Source: Octopus vulgaris (Eukaryota). From it: a DNA stretch of 64,000 bases. Below are positions 25,592 to 37,543 of the stretch, one piece after another. The notes under the pieces were generated by a model. That model saw only the letters and a program-made list of their open reading frames with translations. It did no database searches and had not been told where the DNA came from. Both the position numbers and the translations under genes were made by a program. Positions within the stretch are counted from its first letter, which is position 1, and each line of letters starts with the position of its first letter. The stretch is taken from positions 47,492,001 to 47,556,000 of the forward strand of contig OX597827.1 in NCBI GenBank assembly GCA_951406725.2, written 5' to 3'.

Positions 25592-25840
25592 TAAAGTGAT
25601 AGTATGTTGTCAACTTAATGTGATAGTCCCATGAAAGGGAAGAATGCTACTGTTATTTAGCCCTAGGAAGCACCGTTTTCTGTTGGACTTGACACATTTG
25701 TGTCTGTATGTTTTCAAAGCACCTCCACCCACAAATGTGTCAAGTCCAACAGGAAACGGTGTTTCCTAGGGCTAAATAACAGTAGCATTCTTCCTTTTCA
25801 TGGGACTGTCACATTAAGTTGACAATATACTATCACTTTA
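25592..25840 (+). repeat. Near-perfect fold-back hairpin, 111-bp arms, 27-nt loop
   Basis: 25592-25702 versus 25730-25840: 106/111 Watson-Crick pairs, no indels; the 5 remaining pairs are G-U on the plus strand. Confidence 0.96.
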
Positions 25841-25964
25841 TCGTGCTGCTACTGAATAAATCTCTCTGAGAGATTTAGAAATGTATTATTTCAACACTAT
25901 TAAACTCTCTCAATATTAGACACTGGAAAATTTTGTTTAAAAAATATAAAACTATAACGTAGAT

Positions 25965-26131
25965 GCAGAAACGTTAGCATGCTGAGTAAAATACTTCACG
26001 TTGTGAATTCAAGATGGACTTTGCCTTTGACCATTTCGGGGTCGAAATGTTGACGGCTGGAATCGATATGATCGACTTAACTACCAATCTCTGAAATTGC
26101 TGGCGTTGTGCCAAAATTTGAAATCAGTATA
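25965..26131 (+). mobile_element. Old family-B-related SINE with tail aaattgctggc.ttgtgccaaaatttgaaa
   Basis: gcagaaacgttagcatgc..gactttgcctttg..tttcggggtcga; similar old fragments lie at about 600-770, 4400-4515, 8190-8225, 29350-29480, 37700-37745, 40650-40820 and 45240-45375. Confidence 0.7.
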
Positions 26132-26388
26132 AAAAATTAATGTGCCCTTTTAAAGCCTAGCCAGGCTCATGGGCCCGGTTTCTCGATTTCAATGGCGTAT
26201 GTGTTCCCCAGCTGGATGAGACGACAGTCCATCGCAGCGTTACTCATTTTTGCCAGCTGAGTGGACTGGAGCAACGTGAAACGAAGTGTTTTGCTCAAGA
26301 ACACAACTCGTCGCCCGGTCCAGGATTCGAAACCACAATCTTACGATCTTGATGCTGACACCCTAACAAATAAGCCACGCGCCTCCAC
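26132..26388 (-). mobile_element. SINE family D, full length, 14-bp TSD
   Basis: TSD ttgaaatcagtata at 26118-26131 and 26389-26402; tRNA-like head, CORE-like gttgtgttcttgagcaaaacact..ccactcagctg, then V-domain-like ctgcgatggactg. Confidence 0.92.
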
Positions 26389-26820
26389 TTGAAATCAGTA
26401 TAGCCACATCTATATTTTCAAATAACTTAGTTTTACTTTTGTAATATCAGAAACAGGATACTCGTTGTTTAAACAATCTGAAAACTGTATAATATATTCT
26501 AGATGCTTCATCGATTGAAAGTGTTATTTGGGTGACAAATTCAAGCAAAAGCGAAAGAAACGTTTGGTCATTTATCAAAAATTATTTAATTATATGTTAC
26601 TTATATTCATACACTTGTTAAAACCTATATTTTTATATTGACCGAAAGTTTGCTTATAATTATTTTCAACATGCACGTAAGTACGTCTAGTCTCCCTCCC
26701 TCCCCCCTTTCTCTCTCACTCTCTCACACACACACACTTAGTCGGGTGTGCATGTTTGTAAGGACTCTTCACTGTGTGTTAGCATGTTTTGGGGGATAAC
26801 CCCCGCCCCATATATTATTT

Positions 26821-26945
26821 TATTCTCTTACTTGTTTAAGCCATGATGGAGCACTGCCTTTAAGTGGAAGAAATCGACCCTTGGTTGTAATCTTTATAAG
26901 CCTGGTACTTATATTGGGGGGACAAACAGACACAAACACACAAGC
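26821..26945 (-). mobile_element. SINE family A, deleted 3' half
   Basis: ctcttacttgttt..gccatgatggagcactgcc..gggggacaaacagacacaaac. Confidence 0.7.
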
Positions 26946-27007
26946 ATATATATATGTATACATACATATATATATGTGTATATTTATATGTATATATATA
27001 TATATAT

Positions 27008-27080
<73 letters not shown>

Positions 27081-27084
27081 TGTA

Positions 27085-27680
27085 TTTTATCGATCCTGAA
27101 AGGATGAAAGTCAAAGTCAATCTTGTTAGCATTTGAAATTAGAACGTAGAGACCGACGAAATATCGCAAAACTCACCACCTACAGAAGCGGTAATATTGA
27201 TTTTCAAATGTTGGCACAAGGCCAGAAGTTTCGTAAGGAGGGTGTAACTCGATTACATTGATGCCCTTTTTCAACCAGTTCTTCTTTTTGTCGACCCTGA
27301 AATGCAAAGTCAACCCCGGCGGAATTTGAACTTAGAATGTGAAGACGGCCGAAATGCTGCTAAGCATCTCTTCTGGACTGCTAACGATTCTATCAGCTCA
27401 CCACCTTTTCACTTGCTATAATATCGGTTTAAGATTTTGGCACAGGACAGGCAAATTTGGTGAAAGCTGTAATCCGATAAATCAACCTCAGTGTTCAACT
27501 TGTCCTCCTTTTTATCGACTCCTAAAGGATGAAAAACAAAGTCGACCTCGACGGAATTTGAGCTTGGAACCAAAAGACGGACGAAAATCGCCACTCTCAC
27601 TTGCAGTAATGGCGGTTTAAAAATTTTGCCTGAGCAACAAAATTTGAACTCAGTACGTAGGGACGGATGATTCACTTGCA
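27085..27680 (-). mobile_element. Head-to-tail array of about 4 old family-B SINE copies
   Basis: Repeated aaagtc.acc.cg.cggaatttga and ttttggcaca.g segments separated by recurring tcacttgc..taat spacers. Confidence 0.78.
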
Positions 27681-28517
27681 GGAATACTGAATTAATTATT
27701 CAGCCTAAAGTAGTCTTCTACCTGTAAATGTAAATGTTCTGGTCTTGATGCAAATCTTAAATTTTTATGTCAAGCGTAACTTTTTTACAATGTAACTTTT
27801 TACAAACGTTTTTCGTTCATTTTGTTAGTTTAATTTTCATTTTTGTTGCTTCAATTCTATAAAACACATTGAATTATTCCAAAAGTAATATATTTTTCCA
27901 ACTTAATCAATTATTATGTAATTCATTTAACTTAATCATTAACATTTCCGTGTATCTTTATGGGTATTTGCTCTTTCCAGTAATACATAATTACGAAATA
28001 GGATTAACGTGTTTTATTTTTTACGTCGGAAAGATATTTCTCTTGTTTTTGTCTAGACTACCATAGTCTCCGAATATTATCATTTAATGCAATAATATTG
28101 ATATAGTAGAAATTATTTTTCGTAGTCTCTTAATAAAATTCGTTCACGATTGATAACCGATTTCGATGGCTTCCTTTTATAATTCACATTCACTTAATTC
28201 ATGATTTATTTCTCTCCTTCAAATCAATGTTGTCTTCTACTCTTTCTCTTTGTCTCTTTCTTCTTCGGTCACTTCATTTTTCCCTCGTTCAGTCATTCAT
28301 TCTTTCTTTCCTTCTATGTGTGAGCGAGTTTCTGCGTGAGCGCAGGTGTGGTGCGCGCATGTATGCACGTGCGCATATCACATTCATATTCATATATGTA
28401 TGCATAAATCACGAGCATTATTTAGATATCTGTACATAACGTGAAATTACGCGCGTATATATATATATATATATATATTGAACTCTACAATTTTCCTCTA
28501 TTTGACCATCTCACATC

Positions 28518-28565
28518 GTCTCTGATGAAGGGATATTCCTAATATCACAGAAACAGCTGTAAGAC
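28518..28565 (+). ncRNA. Minimal type I hammerhead ribozyme motif, canonical core
   Basis: gucu-CUGAUGA-agg-gauauu(ccu)aauauc-aca-GAAA-cagcug-UA-agac: stem I gucu/agac, palindromic stem III cagcug; lies in a ~160-bp island between (TA)n and (CA)n. Confidence 0.8.
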
Positions 28566-28685
28566 TTACTTTCTCTCTATAAATGTCCAGGAAATTCCAC
28601 ACGATCTTGGCTTATTTGTCTCATTTTATTTAACACACATACACACACACACATTATGTATAAGATCTAGATTTCCTCTCTGAAG

Positions 28686-28727
<42 letters not shown>

Positions 28728-28949
28728 GGGTGCATATTTTTGTTTTGGGGGAAGGTCATTTCATCTTTGCGACATGAAAACACGCACTATAAATTCGTTT
28801 TTTATTTCGTTTAATACAATTCTTATTTTAACTGATGTCCATTGCCCGGAAATTTTCCCTCACATTTCTTTGACCTATTCACCCACACTCTCTATCCTCG
28901 TGTGCGCTCTGTTCCATTTAGTCCATTCCCTTGTAACACAAATTTCACA

Positions 28950-29004
<55 letters not shown>

Positions 29005-30187
29005 GTATATATAATTATTAGTTGAGGGAGTATAAATCCAAACTTACAGGGGAAATAAATCCAATCTAGAAATACTAAATCAAATTTCACCCAATATAAT
29101 ATATATATATATATATATAAAATTTGAAAAAACCCACCTTTTATTCAAAATGAACAATTAAATTACACCATTTAGAAAATTACATATATATATATATATT
29201 ATAGGTGTGTGTGTGTGTGTATCACTTATATATGTATACACATATCTACATATAGCTCATAAATATTTAGGCATCATGCATATAAATATTTGTGGGGACC
29301 ATATGTGTGTGTGTGTGTGATTGAGGGAGAGAGTACATATTTCTATAAATTTGAGGCAGGGGACGAGTCGATTACATAGCCCCCAGTAAAATACACTGCT
29401 ACATATTTCATCGACTTGGAAAAGATCAAAGCAAAGTGGACCTTGGTGACATTTGAACTCTGAATGTAAAGACGGGTGAATATAAAAGAAATTACATTAA
29501 ACCGAAGAATTACTCTCAGTAGTATAATTTTCGTAGGACACACTTTTGTAAAGTACGTATATATTTGACTTTAACAAGGAAACTATAAATGAGATTTTTG
29601 CCGGAGCGAGCAAAACTATAAGCGCATATCATAGATACATCATCAATTATATCACTAACTCTTATAACAAAAATAGTTACATGGAAAAAAAAACAGGCGA
29701 CAGTAATTTACATGCTGTATATATGAGAGAGTAATGTAAAGAACTACGAGCCAAATCACTAAAATCTTAACTTTCAGACTTGTCATTTATCAATTATAAA
29801 CGTAATTTCCACACAGACTAAAAGTGATGAACCATAAAATTAATGGACAAGGGGTTCACCTGAGTATTTAACTGGTGTCAATAACAGCTATAATGCCATG
29901 TTTGAAGAATATCGTTTGTGGATTCGTGTTGTCACGAGGGGATATCGCTCAATTGTATCAATAAATCTTTTTCTCTTTACGTTGCCACGATACAAGATCG
30001 TTCAGCTTTATTAATCTCTTTCTTCTTAGTCTATCTTTCTTCTATTGGAAATAACTTAAAAACCAACTTGTTCCTGGTTTGTTATTTTGTTCTGTCAGTA
30101 TATTAGATGGATGAATAAGAAAGTAACTGCGAACAGTACGTAGCGAAAACAATTGTAATTTGATAAAAAAAAAATCATGCACATATA

Positions 30188-30365
30188 GGCGTAGGAGTTG
30201 CTGTGTGGTAAGTAGCTTGCTTACCAACCACATGGTCCCGGGTTCATTCCCACTGCGTGGCACCATGGGCAAGTGTCCTCTACTATAGCATCGGGCCGAC
30301 CAAAGCCTTGTGAGTGGATTTGGTAGACAGAAACTGAAAGAAGCCCGCCTTATATATGTATATAC

Positions 30366-30456
<91 letters not shown>

Positions 30457-30688
30457 TGTATGTATGTATGTATGTGTGTGTGTTTATGTGTTTGTGTTTG
30501 TTCCCCCAACATCGCTTGACAACTGATGCTGGTGTGTTTACGTCCCTATATCATAGCGGTTAGGCAATAGTGACCAATAGAATAAGTACTAGGCTTACAA
30601 AAGAATAAGTCCTGGGGGTCGATTTGCTCGACTAAAGGTGATGCTCCAGCATGGCCACAGACAAATAACTGAAACAAGTAAAAGAGTA
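30188..30688 (+). mobile_element. SINE family A, full length with expanded central microsatellite
   Basis: Colinear with 7021-7427. Confidence 0.92.
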
Positions 30689-31892
30689 TATATTCAATAG
30701 GTTATTCTATGCGCTTAGCTTTGATGGCTGCTCCAATGCGGGACCAGAATCGTTAGGATGCCTTCACTAAATTCATGCTGCATATCAGCTATTTCATGAC
30801 GCATATAAACTAAACCATAATGTAGTGAGTTTGTCGATTGTCAAGTATTCTCTGGCCAACCCAGACTAAGAGAACATTTTCCATTGCTGTTTTACTAAAC
30901 CGATAATAGCCATGGTCATCAAAATGGATGTCAAACATCCAAGAACTTATATATCGCTTGGCAGCGGAATGCATATGGATTTTCTAGTACCAGACACCAT
31001 CTTCATAAAACGGTTTATGTAAAATAAATAAAATGAAATAAAAGATGTTATGAGCGAATGATGTAGATATTTTTTAGTGAAAAGTGCTGTATATATAAAG
31101 GTTTTATTGATGTTTCATAAGGTGTTAAACTTATATATATCTCAGGAAAATCTAAGAAATAAATTTTCGGAATGAACAACAAAGATTACATAAATAGACG
31201 AAGACTTTTCTGAACCTTCCTCGATACGAACACAAATATAATTCAATTATTCATTCTATATGCATCTGCCCGCAAGAAAAACAAATATGTTATATAAAAC
31301 TAAACATGCATGTTCATCGTCTCTCTTAAGCTTTACGACCACTTACAAAAGCCTAATCAAATCAGCATACATAAAACTTAACCAGCGAGGACAAATAATC
31401 AATTGAAGTCCAGGTAAGAATTGATTATGCAATATATTGGCATGTATAACCCATAAAGAATGCTGGTAGTTCATTAGCACAACCTTTATGCAGACCCGAT
31501 GGATGTGGAAGCCAAATTAACTAAAACGTAAATAGGCATATTGAGAAAACTTTCTTGCTACCGTACAGGCAAATATGATAACAGTTTTATTGGAAATATT
31601 TTCAATGGGGAAAAGAGAAAAATGTCGTTAATTTTGACCACCACTACTACTAGCAATCCCTCACCGCCACCATATGTATGTGTGTGTATACGTGTGTGTA
31701 TGAGAGATTATATAATTCTGTTTACAACATATATGGTCCAAATACTAACTTTTTATCAATGATACCTGCTATTATTTTCCTTTGTGTTATTTTCTTCTGA
31801 TGAGGGAATTTTCCCCAGATATCCTTATCCAATGTGAGGTTGATTAATACGTACTTAAATGCTCTTCTTTTACTGCACCCACACTAATATTC

Positions 31893-32441
31893 TATTAGGT
31901 TGTCCGGAAAGTTTTGAGCGTTCTTTGATATACAAAATGGGATATACTTCATGAACCGTTGTTTTAGAAACTTCCAACTCTCTCCAAGTTCTCTAGTTGT
32001 GATACTTGGGTTTTTCGTCGATTTTTGCCGCCGTCAAAACATCTTCCTTTAAATTTGAATGTCTTCTCCTTCGACTGTCATCTTCCAAGCTAAACTCTCC
32101 AGTTTTAAATTTTGCAAACTACCTTCGAACAGTTCCTTCACCTACAGCATCATCACCATAAACTTCACAAAGGTTTTTGCAAGTTTTTGCAGTATTTTCT
32201 CCTTTTTTAAAAAAGAAAAGCATTACAATGCGAACATGAAAATTTTGGTTATCCATTTCAAATGTCGGTAAAGAATAATCAGAATGAAAGATAATTCTAT
32301 TTTTAGTCAGGAACAAAGGAGAGATGCACTACCACTTCAAGCAAAGCTAAAGTTTTAATTGTCTTACGTTGCAAGGTATGTTTAAGGAAGAGTTAAAATA
32401 TTTAGCTTAAATATGCGTAGTACTTTCCAGACAACCTACTA
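31893..32441 (-). mobile_element. Non-autonomous mariner element retaining the transposase N-terminal HTH
   Basis: TIRs tattaggttgtccggaaagt / actttccagacaacctacta; minus-strand MDNQNFHVRIVMLFFFKKGENTAKTCKNLCEVYGDDAVGEGTVRR*FAKFKTGEFSLEDD. Confidence 0.9.
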
Positions 32442-32507
32442 TCATGTTCCACACTTTATTGCATGTGAGTGCCAGCCTCTTTCCGATATGCGACGCCACA
32501 TAATAAA

Positions 32508-33083
32508 TATTGGGTTGTCTGGAAAGTTCGTGACCATTTATAGTAGCTTACCTTTCGACTTATTTTAGAACATAGCTGAGTTCATAAAATAGGATTTGAT
32601 TGCACCTCCATCTAGAGCATATGTTATGATATCCTTTTGTGGAAGAAGGTTTATGTTTATATAACCTGTGTTAATTTTGTAACCCTTTAAAATGGAAGAT
32701 AACAAAATTCATTTTCGGCACTTCATGCTTGGGGAACCAGACAAAAATTGCTGCAGCTCGGCTGGGATGTGTTACCCCACCCTCCATATTCACCGGATAT
32801 TGCTCCTTCGGATTTCCACTTATTTAGCTCACTGCAAAGTAGTCTTAATGGTAACAATTTCAATTCCTTGGATGACGTAAAAAGACACCTTCATCAATTC
32901 TTTGCCATGAAACCACCACAATTCTGGTATTTTCAAGAGGGTATTTTCAAGTTAAAGGAAAGATGGAGACGAATTGTGCAACAAAATGGTTCATATTTGG
33001 TTGATTAAGAATGTAATGGCAAGTATTTCTTGACCTTTGTCTTTCCTTTAAAAATCGGCACGAACTTTCCGGATAACCCAATA
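32508..33083 (+). mobile_element. Internally deleted mariner element retaining the transposase C-terminus
   Basis: TIRs tattgggttgtctggaaagttcgtg / cacgaactttccggataacccaata; MEDNKIHFRHFML joined out of frame to LGWDVLPHPPYSPDIAPSDFHLF...ERWRRIVQQNGSY (YSPDL-type mariner motif). Confidence 0.93.
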
Positions 33084-33759
33084 TATTTCCGAAACTTTAC
33101 GGTTCTTATTCTTCATTTTCCATTTGTCCTTCTTTCCTTAATTTTTCAGTATATGCAAGGTGCTGGTTTTGAAGTTCTTGAGAAGCCTCAAGAAATACGC
33201 ATCATTACAATTATCTCATTTATTCTTTTTTTTCTTTGTATTTTGTGTTACATATGTACTTTTACTGAAGGGCGAGTAATACAAATGAAATACTCTTCTC
33301 TTGGAAAATATTATCGAAAACACGCTTTAAATATTTATACTGTTTATTCCGGCAGGTCGTAAAATATTTAATATGACAACTTTTACTGTTAGATTCTAAT
33401 ATAGCAGCACGTAGACTATCGGCCTTGGTACATGATGGCCTGGTAAAGTGTAGAGACTGGCCTCAACAAAAGCCCCGCATTAAACAAATTATCCTTCTTG
33501 GCTCTGTTGATTTGGTATAAATGACCAAATCAACAGGGACCAGCATGAAGTCTGTTACAGTGATACATCATAGATTTGTATACATCTATAAGACACATTG
33601 TTTCACATTATATAAGATCTAAGGCTCTCGTTATTGAGGATTCAATGTCACGGAAACTGAACTTTAAGAATTCGGATCATTCTATAATTAAACGGAATGA
33701 CTGTTTACTCATTATCATATGTGTATGAATCGAAGTAACTATACATGTAAAGAATGGAT

Positions 33760-33835
<76 letters not shown>

Positions 33836-33894
33836 ATATCTATCTATCTATCTATATCTCCTTTCTCTCTCTCCCTCATTCGCTCTATCTCTGC

Positions 33895-33945
<51 letters not shown>
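33760..33945. repeat. (TCTA)n and (TA)n microsatellites
   Basis: Seen directly; a similar (TCTA)n(TC)n(TA)n tract lies at 61950-62150. Confidence 0.95.
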
Positions 33946-33946
<1 letters not shown>

Positions 33947-34160
33947 CGGGAAGCTTTATGAATATAAACAAAAGACGAAGGCAGGTGGAATACAAACAAA
34001 CAATTGTATTAGTATGGCGCTCATGAATATAAATAAAACAAGTCTTTTACGTTTCGAGCCTACGCTCTTCAACAGAAAGATACACAGAAAAGAAACACAG
34101 AAAGAAACAAGGAGAGAAAAAAATGCGTGCAGAGGCTAGCGAATCAACATGGCGATCTGA
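33947..34160 (-). mobile_element. Family H1 repeat with its best-preserved hammerhead variant, flanked by (TA)n on both sides
   Basis: Minus strand 34043-34080: ucuuu-CUGUUGA-a-gagc(guag)gcuc-GAAA-cg-UA-aaaga. Confidence 0.82.
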
Positions 34161-34184
34161 TATATATATATATATGTATATATA

Positions 34185-34434
34185 ATTAATTAAGGGTGGA
34201 AATTGATATTAGTCAATTAAAACCAGTGGTCTAGCATATTAAAAAGAATCCGAAGATTAAAATATTTTTATATACCAATTAAGGACTGAACACGAAAAGT
34301 GGACAGTCAACATGCTAGATATAGACGTCAAATCGCCATTCTCCACAAAGAGAACATACACTTTGTGGATCATGACGATTTGACGTCTATATCTAGCATG
34401 TTGACAGTCCACTTTACGTGTTCAGTCCTTAATT

Positions 34435-34442
<8 letters not shown>
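34185..34442. mobile_element. Family H2 repeat in fold-back form (~80-bp arms, 10-nt loop)
   Basis: 34269-34350 versus 34361-34442 inverted; homologous to 11220-11399. Confidence 0.88.
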
Positions 34443-34476
<34 letters not shown>

Positions 34477-34794
34477 AGCATCAATTGGACACATACCCTG
34501 TAAAGGGAAATTCGATATTTAGGAACAGTATAACGTCTCATCATATTGACTGTGTTTTCAATTCAAATTCGAAATTCGATGAGGAACTGTATGAAGCGTC
34601 CATATTACGCTGGCTGATGTTAAAGAGCATAAAAATTGTGCAACCCCTTACATGCAAATTTAATAAGCTGAACAATTCAGTTGATTAAACAACTGAAAAC
34701 TTAAAAAGAGAAATTTGAGGAAATCCGTCGATGTATATAACATAATCCAAAACAAACAGACATACACACACACACACATGTATATATGTGTGTG

Positions 34795-34855
<61 letters not shown>

Positions 34856-35201
34856 ATGTATGTATATATATATATCCCTTCACACAAAGGAAAATATTAC
34901 TCAGTAGTTTAATCGATATATACATGTATATATATAGATATATATGTCTATGTCTCTCTGTCTTTCTCTCTCCCTGTCTCTTTCTCTCTAGCTATCTATC
35001 CCTATTTGCTATCTCACTATTATACTGTTATCAAAGGTATGTTTATAACTCTATCGATAGGCGTCTATTTACAAGTAAATCATACATATACATATACAAT
35101 CATATAAACGGATATATAAATAAACACCCTTATATATATATGTATATATTTATATATAGAAATATATATATATATGTATATATTTATAGATACATATATG
35201 T

Positions 35202-35235
<34 letters not shown>

Positions 35236-36093
35236 ATAAATCTATTCATACATATATATATAAATGACTATATAAATCTATGTACATATATATGTGTGTA
35301 TATATATATATGTATATATTTATAGATACATATATTTTTATATATATATATATATACACACAGTCATATACACCGTTGTGCATATCTATATGTGCTACTC
35401 TCTGCACAGACTAACATACCGACGCAGTGTCCCTTGTGTGTGTATGTCACGAGATGATGCTATGTTTGTAAACTCTATAAGTTTGTATCATGTCGCATCG
35501 CCCGAACAATTCGATAACATCAATTGCTATACTATCTCATAGAAAACTCATTTGAAATGCTAATTCTTGATAGCTTCTAACGATTGTCAATGCTAATCAA
35601 ACCATTCAAACTTTAATCTGGGATTTCCATTTCTTTCCCCCTTCATATGTAGAATAGTCGTGTTTGTATTTACATTACTCACAAGATTAAGAGAAGGCGC
35701 TGTGATAATTGAGATACATGAGATTATAAAAGGAAGGCTTAGTGTCAGTGTTGTTCGTTATCTACTGGCGTTAGTGGTTAAGTGGGATTGTAATCTTTTG
35801 TGATTCGACGTTTTCAAATTTGCTTAAGATTTTGATATACGCAACTGTTATAGTTATTCACTCTTGATGTTAATGCAGTATTGATATCAATGATCTGGGA
35901 CGCTGCTCTCAGTTATGTTGCACCAGTGTTGGTGACGGTAATGCTGCTGGCTTCTCGTGGCACTTCTACTGTTAGCTTGTCTCATGTTATTAGTTTTGAA
36001 CTATTATTTAAATACTTTGCATAAACGTATGTACTGTACACATAATTTCAACACATACGTTCACACACAATCACTCATCTACCGCATTGTGTT

Positions 36094-36180
<87 letters not shown>

Positions 36181-36836
36181 CTACGTATTCGTGCCTTTAA
36201 TGTGGCATTCGAAATAAAGCAGGACAAAGAGCTATAAAGAATTCCTTTCTCGAGAAGTGTTAATGCGAAAACATCGATAGTTATATATTTGAGATATAGA
36301 CACTGTAGTCAAATGTATTGACAAAGTTATAAATACTACACACAAACACGGACACACACATACACACAAACATGCATACATACACTCAGAATCACAAACC
36401 CGTATACGTATATAATAGTAATTGTGTGTATGTGTGTATGTGTGTTTAATCAGTCATTTGAAATAAACAAGGCGTGCAGATTTAAGGAATATATAGTAAA
36501 AAGCCTGTAATGAGATACCATCGGCTTATATCTAAGATATAAACTTGTATTCATATATTTTGATGGAATAATGAATGCCATATATCTACGCATACACATA
36601 CACACGCACGTATGATAAGAGTATTTCATTGTTAGTGTCTGTGTGTGTGTGTGTATCTGAGTGTACTTCTGTTTAATGTATCATGTGAAATAAAGCAAGA
36701 CAGGAAGATACAACAAATATATTAAAACAGGTGGGAATGTAATAACTTTGGTGTGCGTTAAGTATGTAAACACGTTTGCCCCTCTAGAGCTGTATATACA
36801 TATAACCCGATTTTAGATGAAGTCACTCCAAAAGAC

Positions 36837-36882
<46 letters not shown>

Positions 36883-37167
36883 ATGGGCAGGGCGCGTAGG
36901 ATAATTGACGACAGATTTATGTTTATAAAATAATATATATATATATATATATATAACAACGTACTATTCAAATTGATGTGTAATTTGGACAAGCCCCTTA
37001 CGAGCTACATACTGACAGGGTGTGTCTTCTCTTTGTACACAACCGAAATATCCTATTTAATAGTTTCGAACCATAGGCCGGAACCACTGGTTTATCCAAC
37101 CTTACATGGTGCATATCTTTTCAAGTACTTGGTTCTATCTGAATCTTTATTTTATATCTATATATCG

Positions 37168-37543
37168 TGGCGCTTTATCCGTTACGACGACGAGGGTTCC
37201 AGTTGATCCGAGCAACGGAATAGCCTGCTTGTGAAATTAACGTGCAAATGGTGACTTCACAGTCACGTGTGCCCTTAACGTTTGTTCTCGGGGAGATTCA
37301 GCGTGACACAGTGTGTAACAAGGCTGGCGCATTGGAATACAGGTACAACAGAAACAGGAAGAAATAGTGAGAGAAAGTTGTGGTGAAAGACTACAGCAGG
37401 GTTCGCCAACCCCCCTGCCGGAACATCGTGGAGCTTTTAGGTGTTTTCGCTTAATAAACACTCACAACGCCCGGTCTGTGAAACGAAACCACGATCCTAC
37501 AACCGCGAGTTCAATGACCTTACCACTGGGCCATTGCGCCACC
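37168..37543 (-). mobile_element. SINE family C, tail type 2
   Basis: Same head and middle as 14561/22366 but an unrelated 3' region (...gcacgttaatttcacaagcaggct..caactggaaccctcgtcgtcgtaacgg). Confidence 0.88.

Noticed and set aside
25852-25885. cugaau-aaaucucu/gagagauuua-gaaa small palindrome after the long hairpin
   Set aside because: The core is not CUGANGA and stem I is absent; too weak to call a ribozyme
31797-31835. CUGAUGA-gggaauuuucccc possible hammerhead
   Set aside because: A stem II-like hairpin is present but it is followed by AGAUA rather than GAAA, with no stem III or stem I
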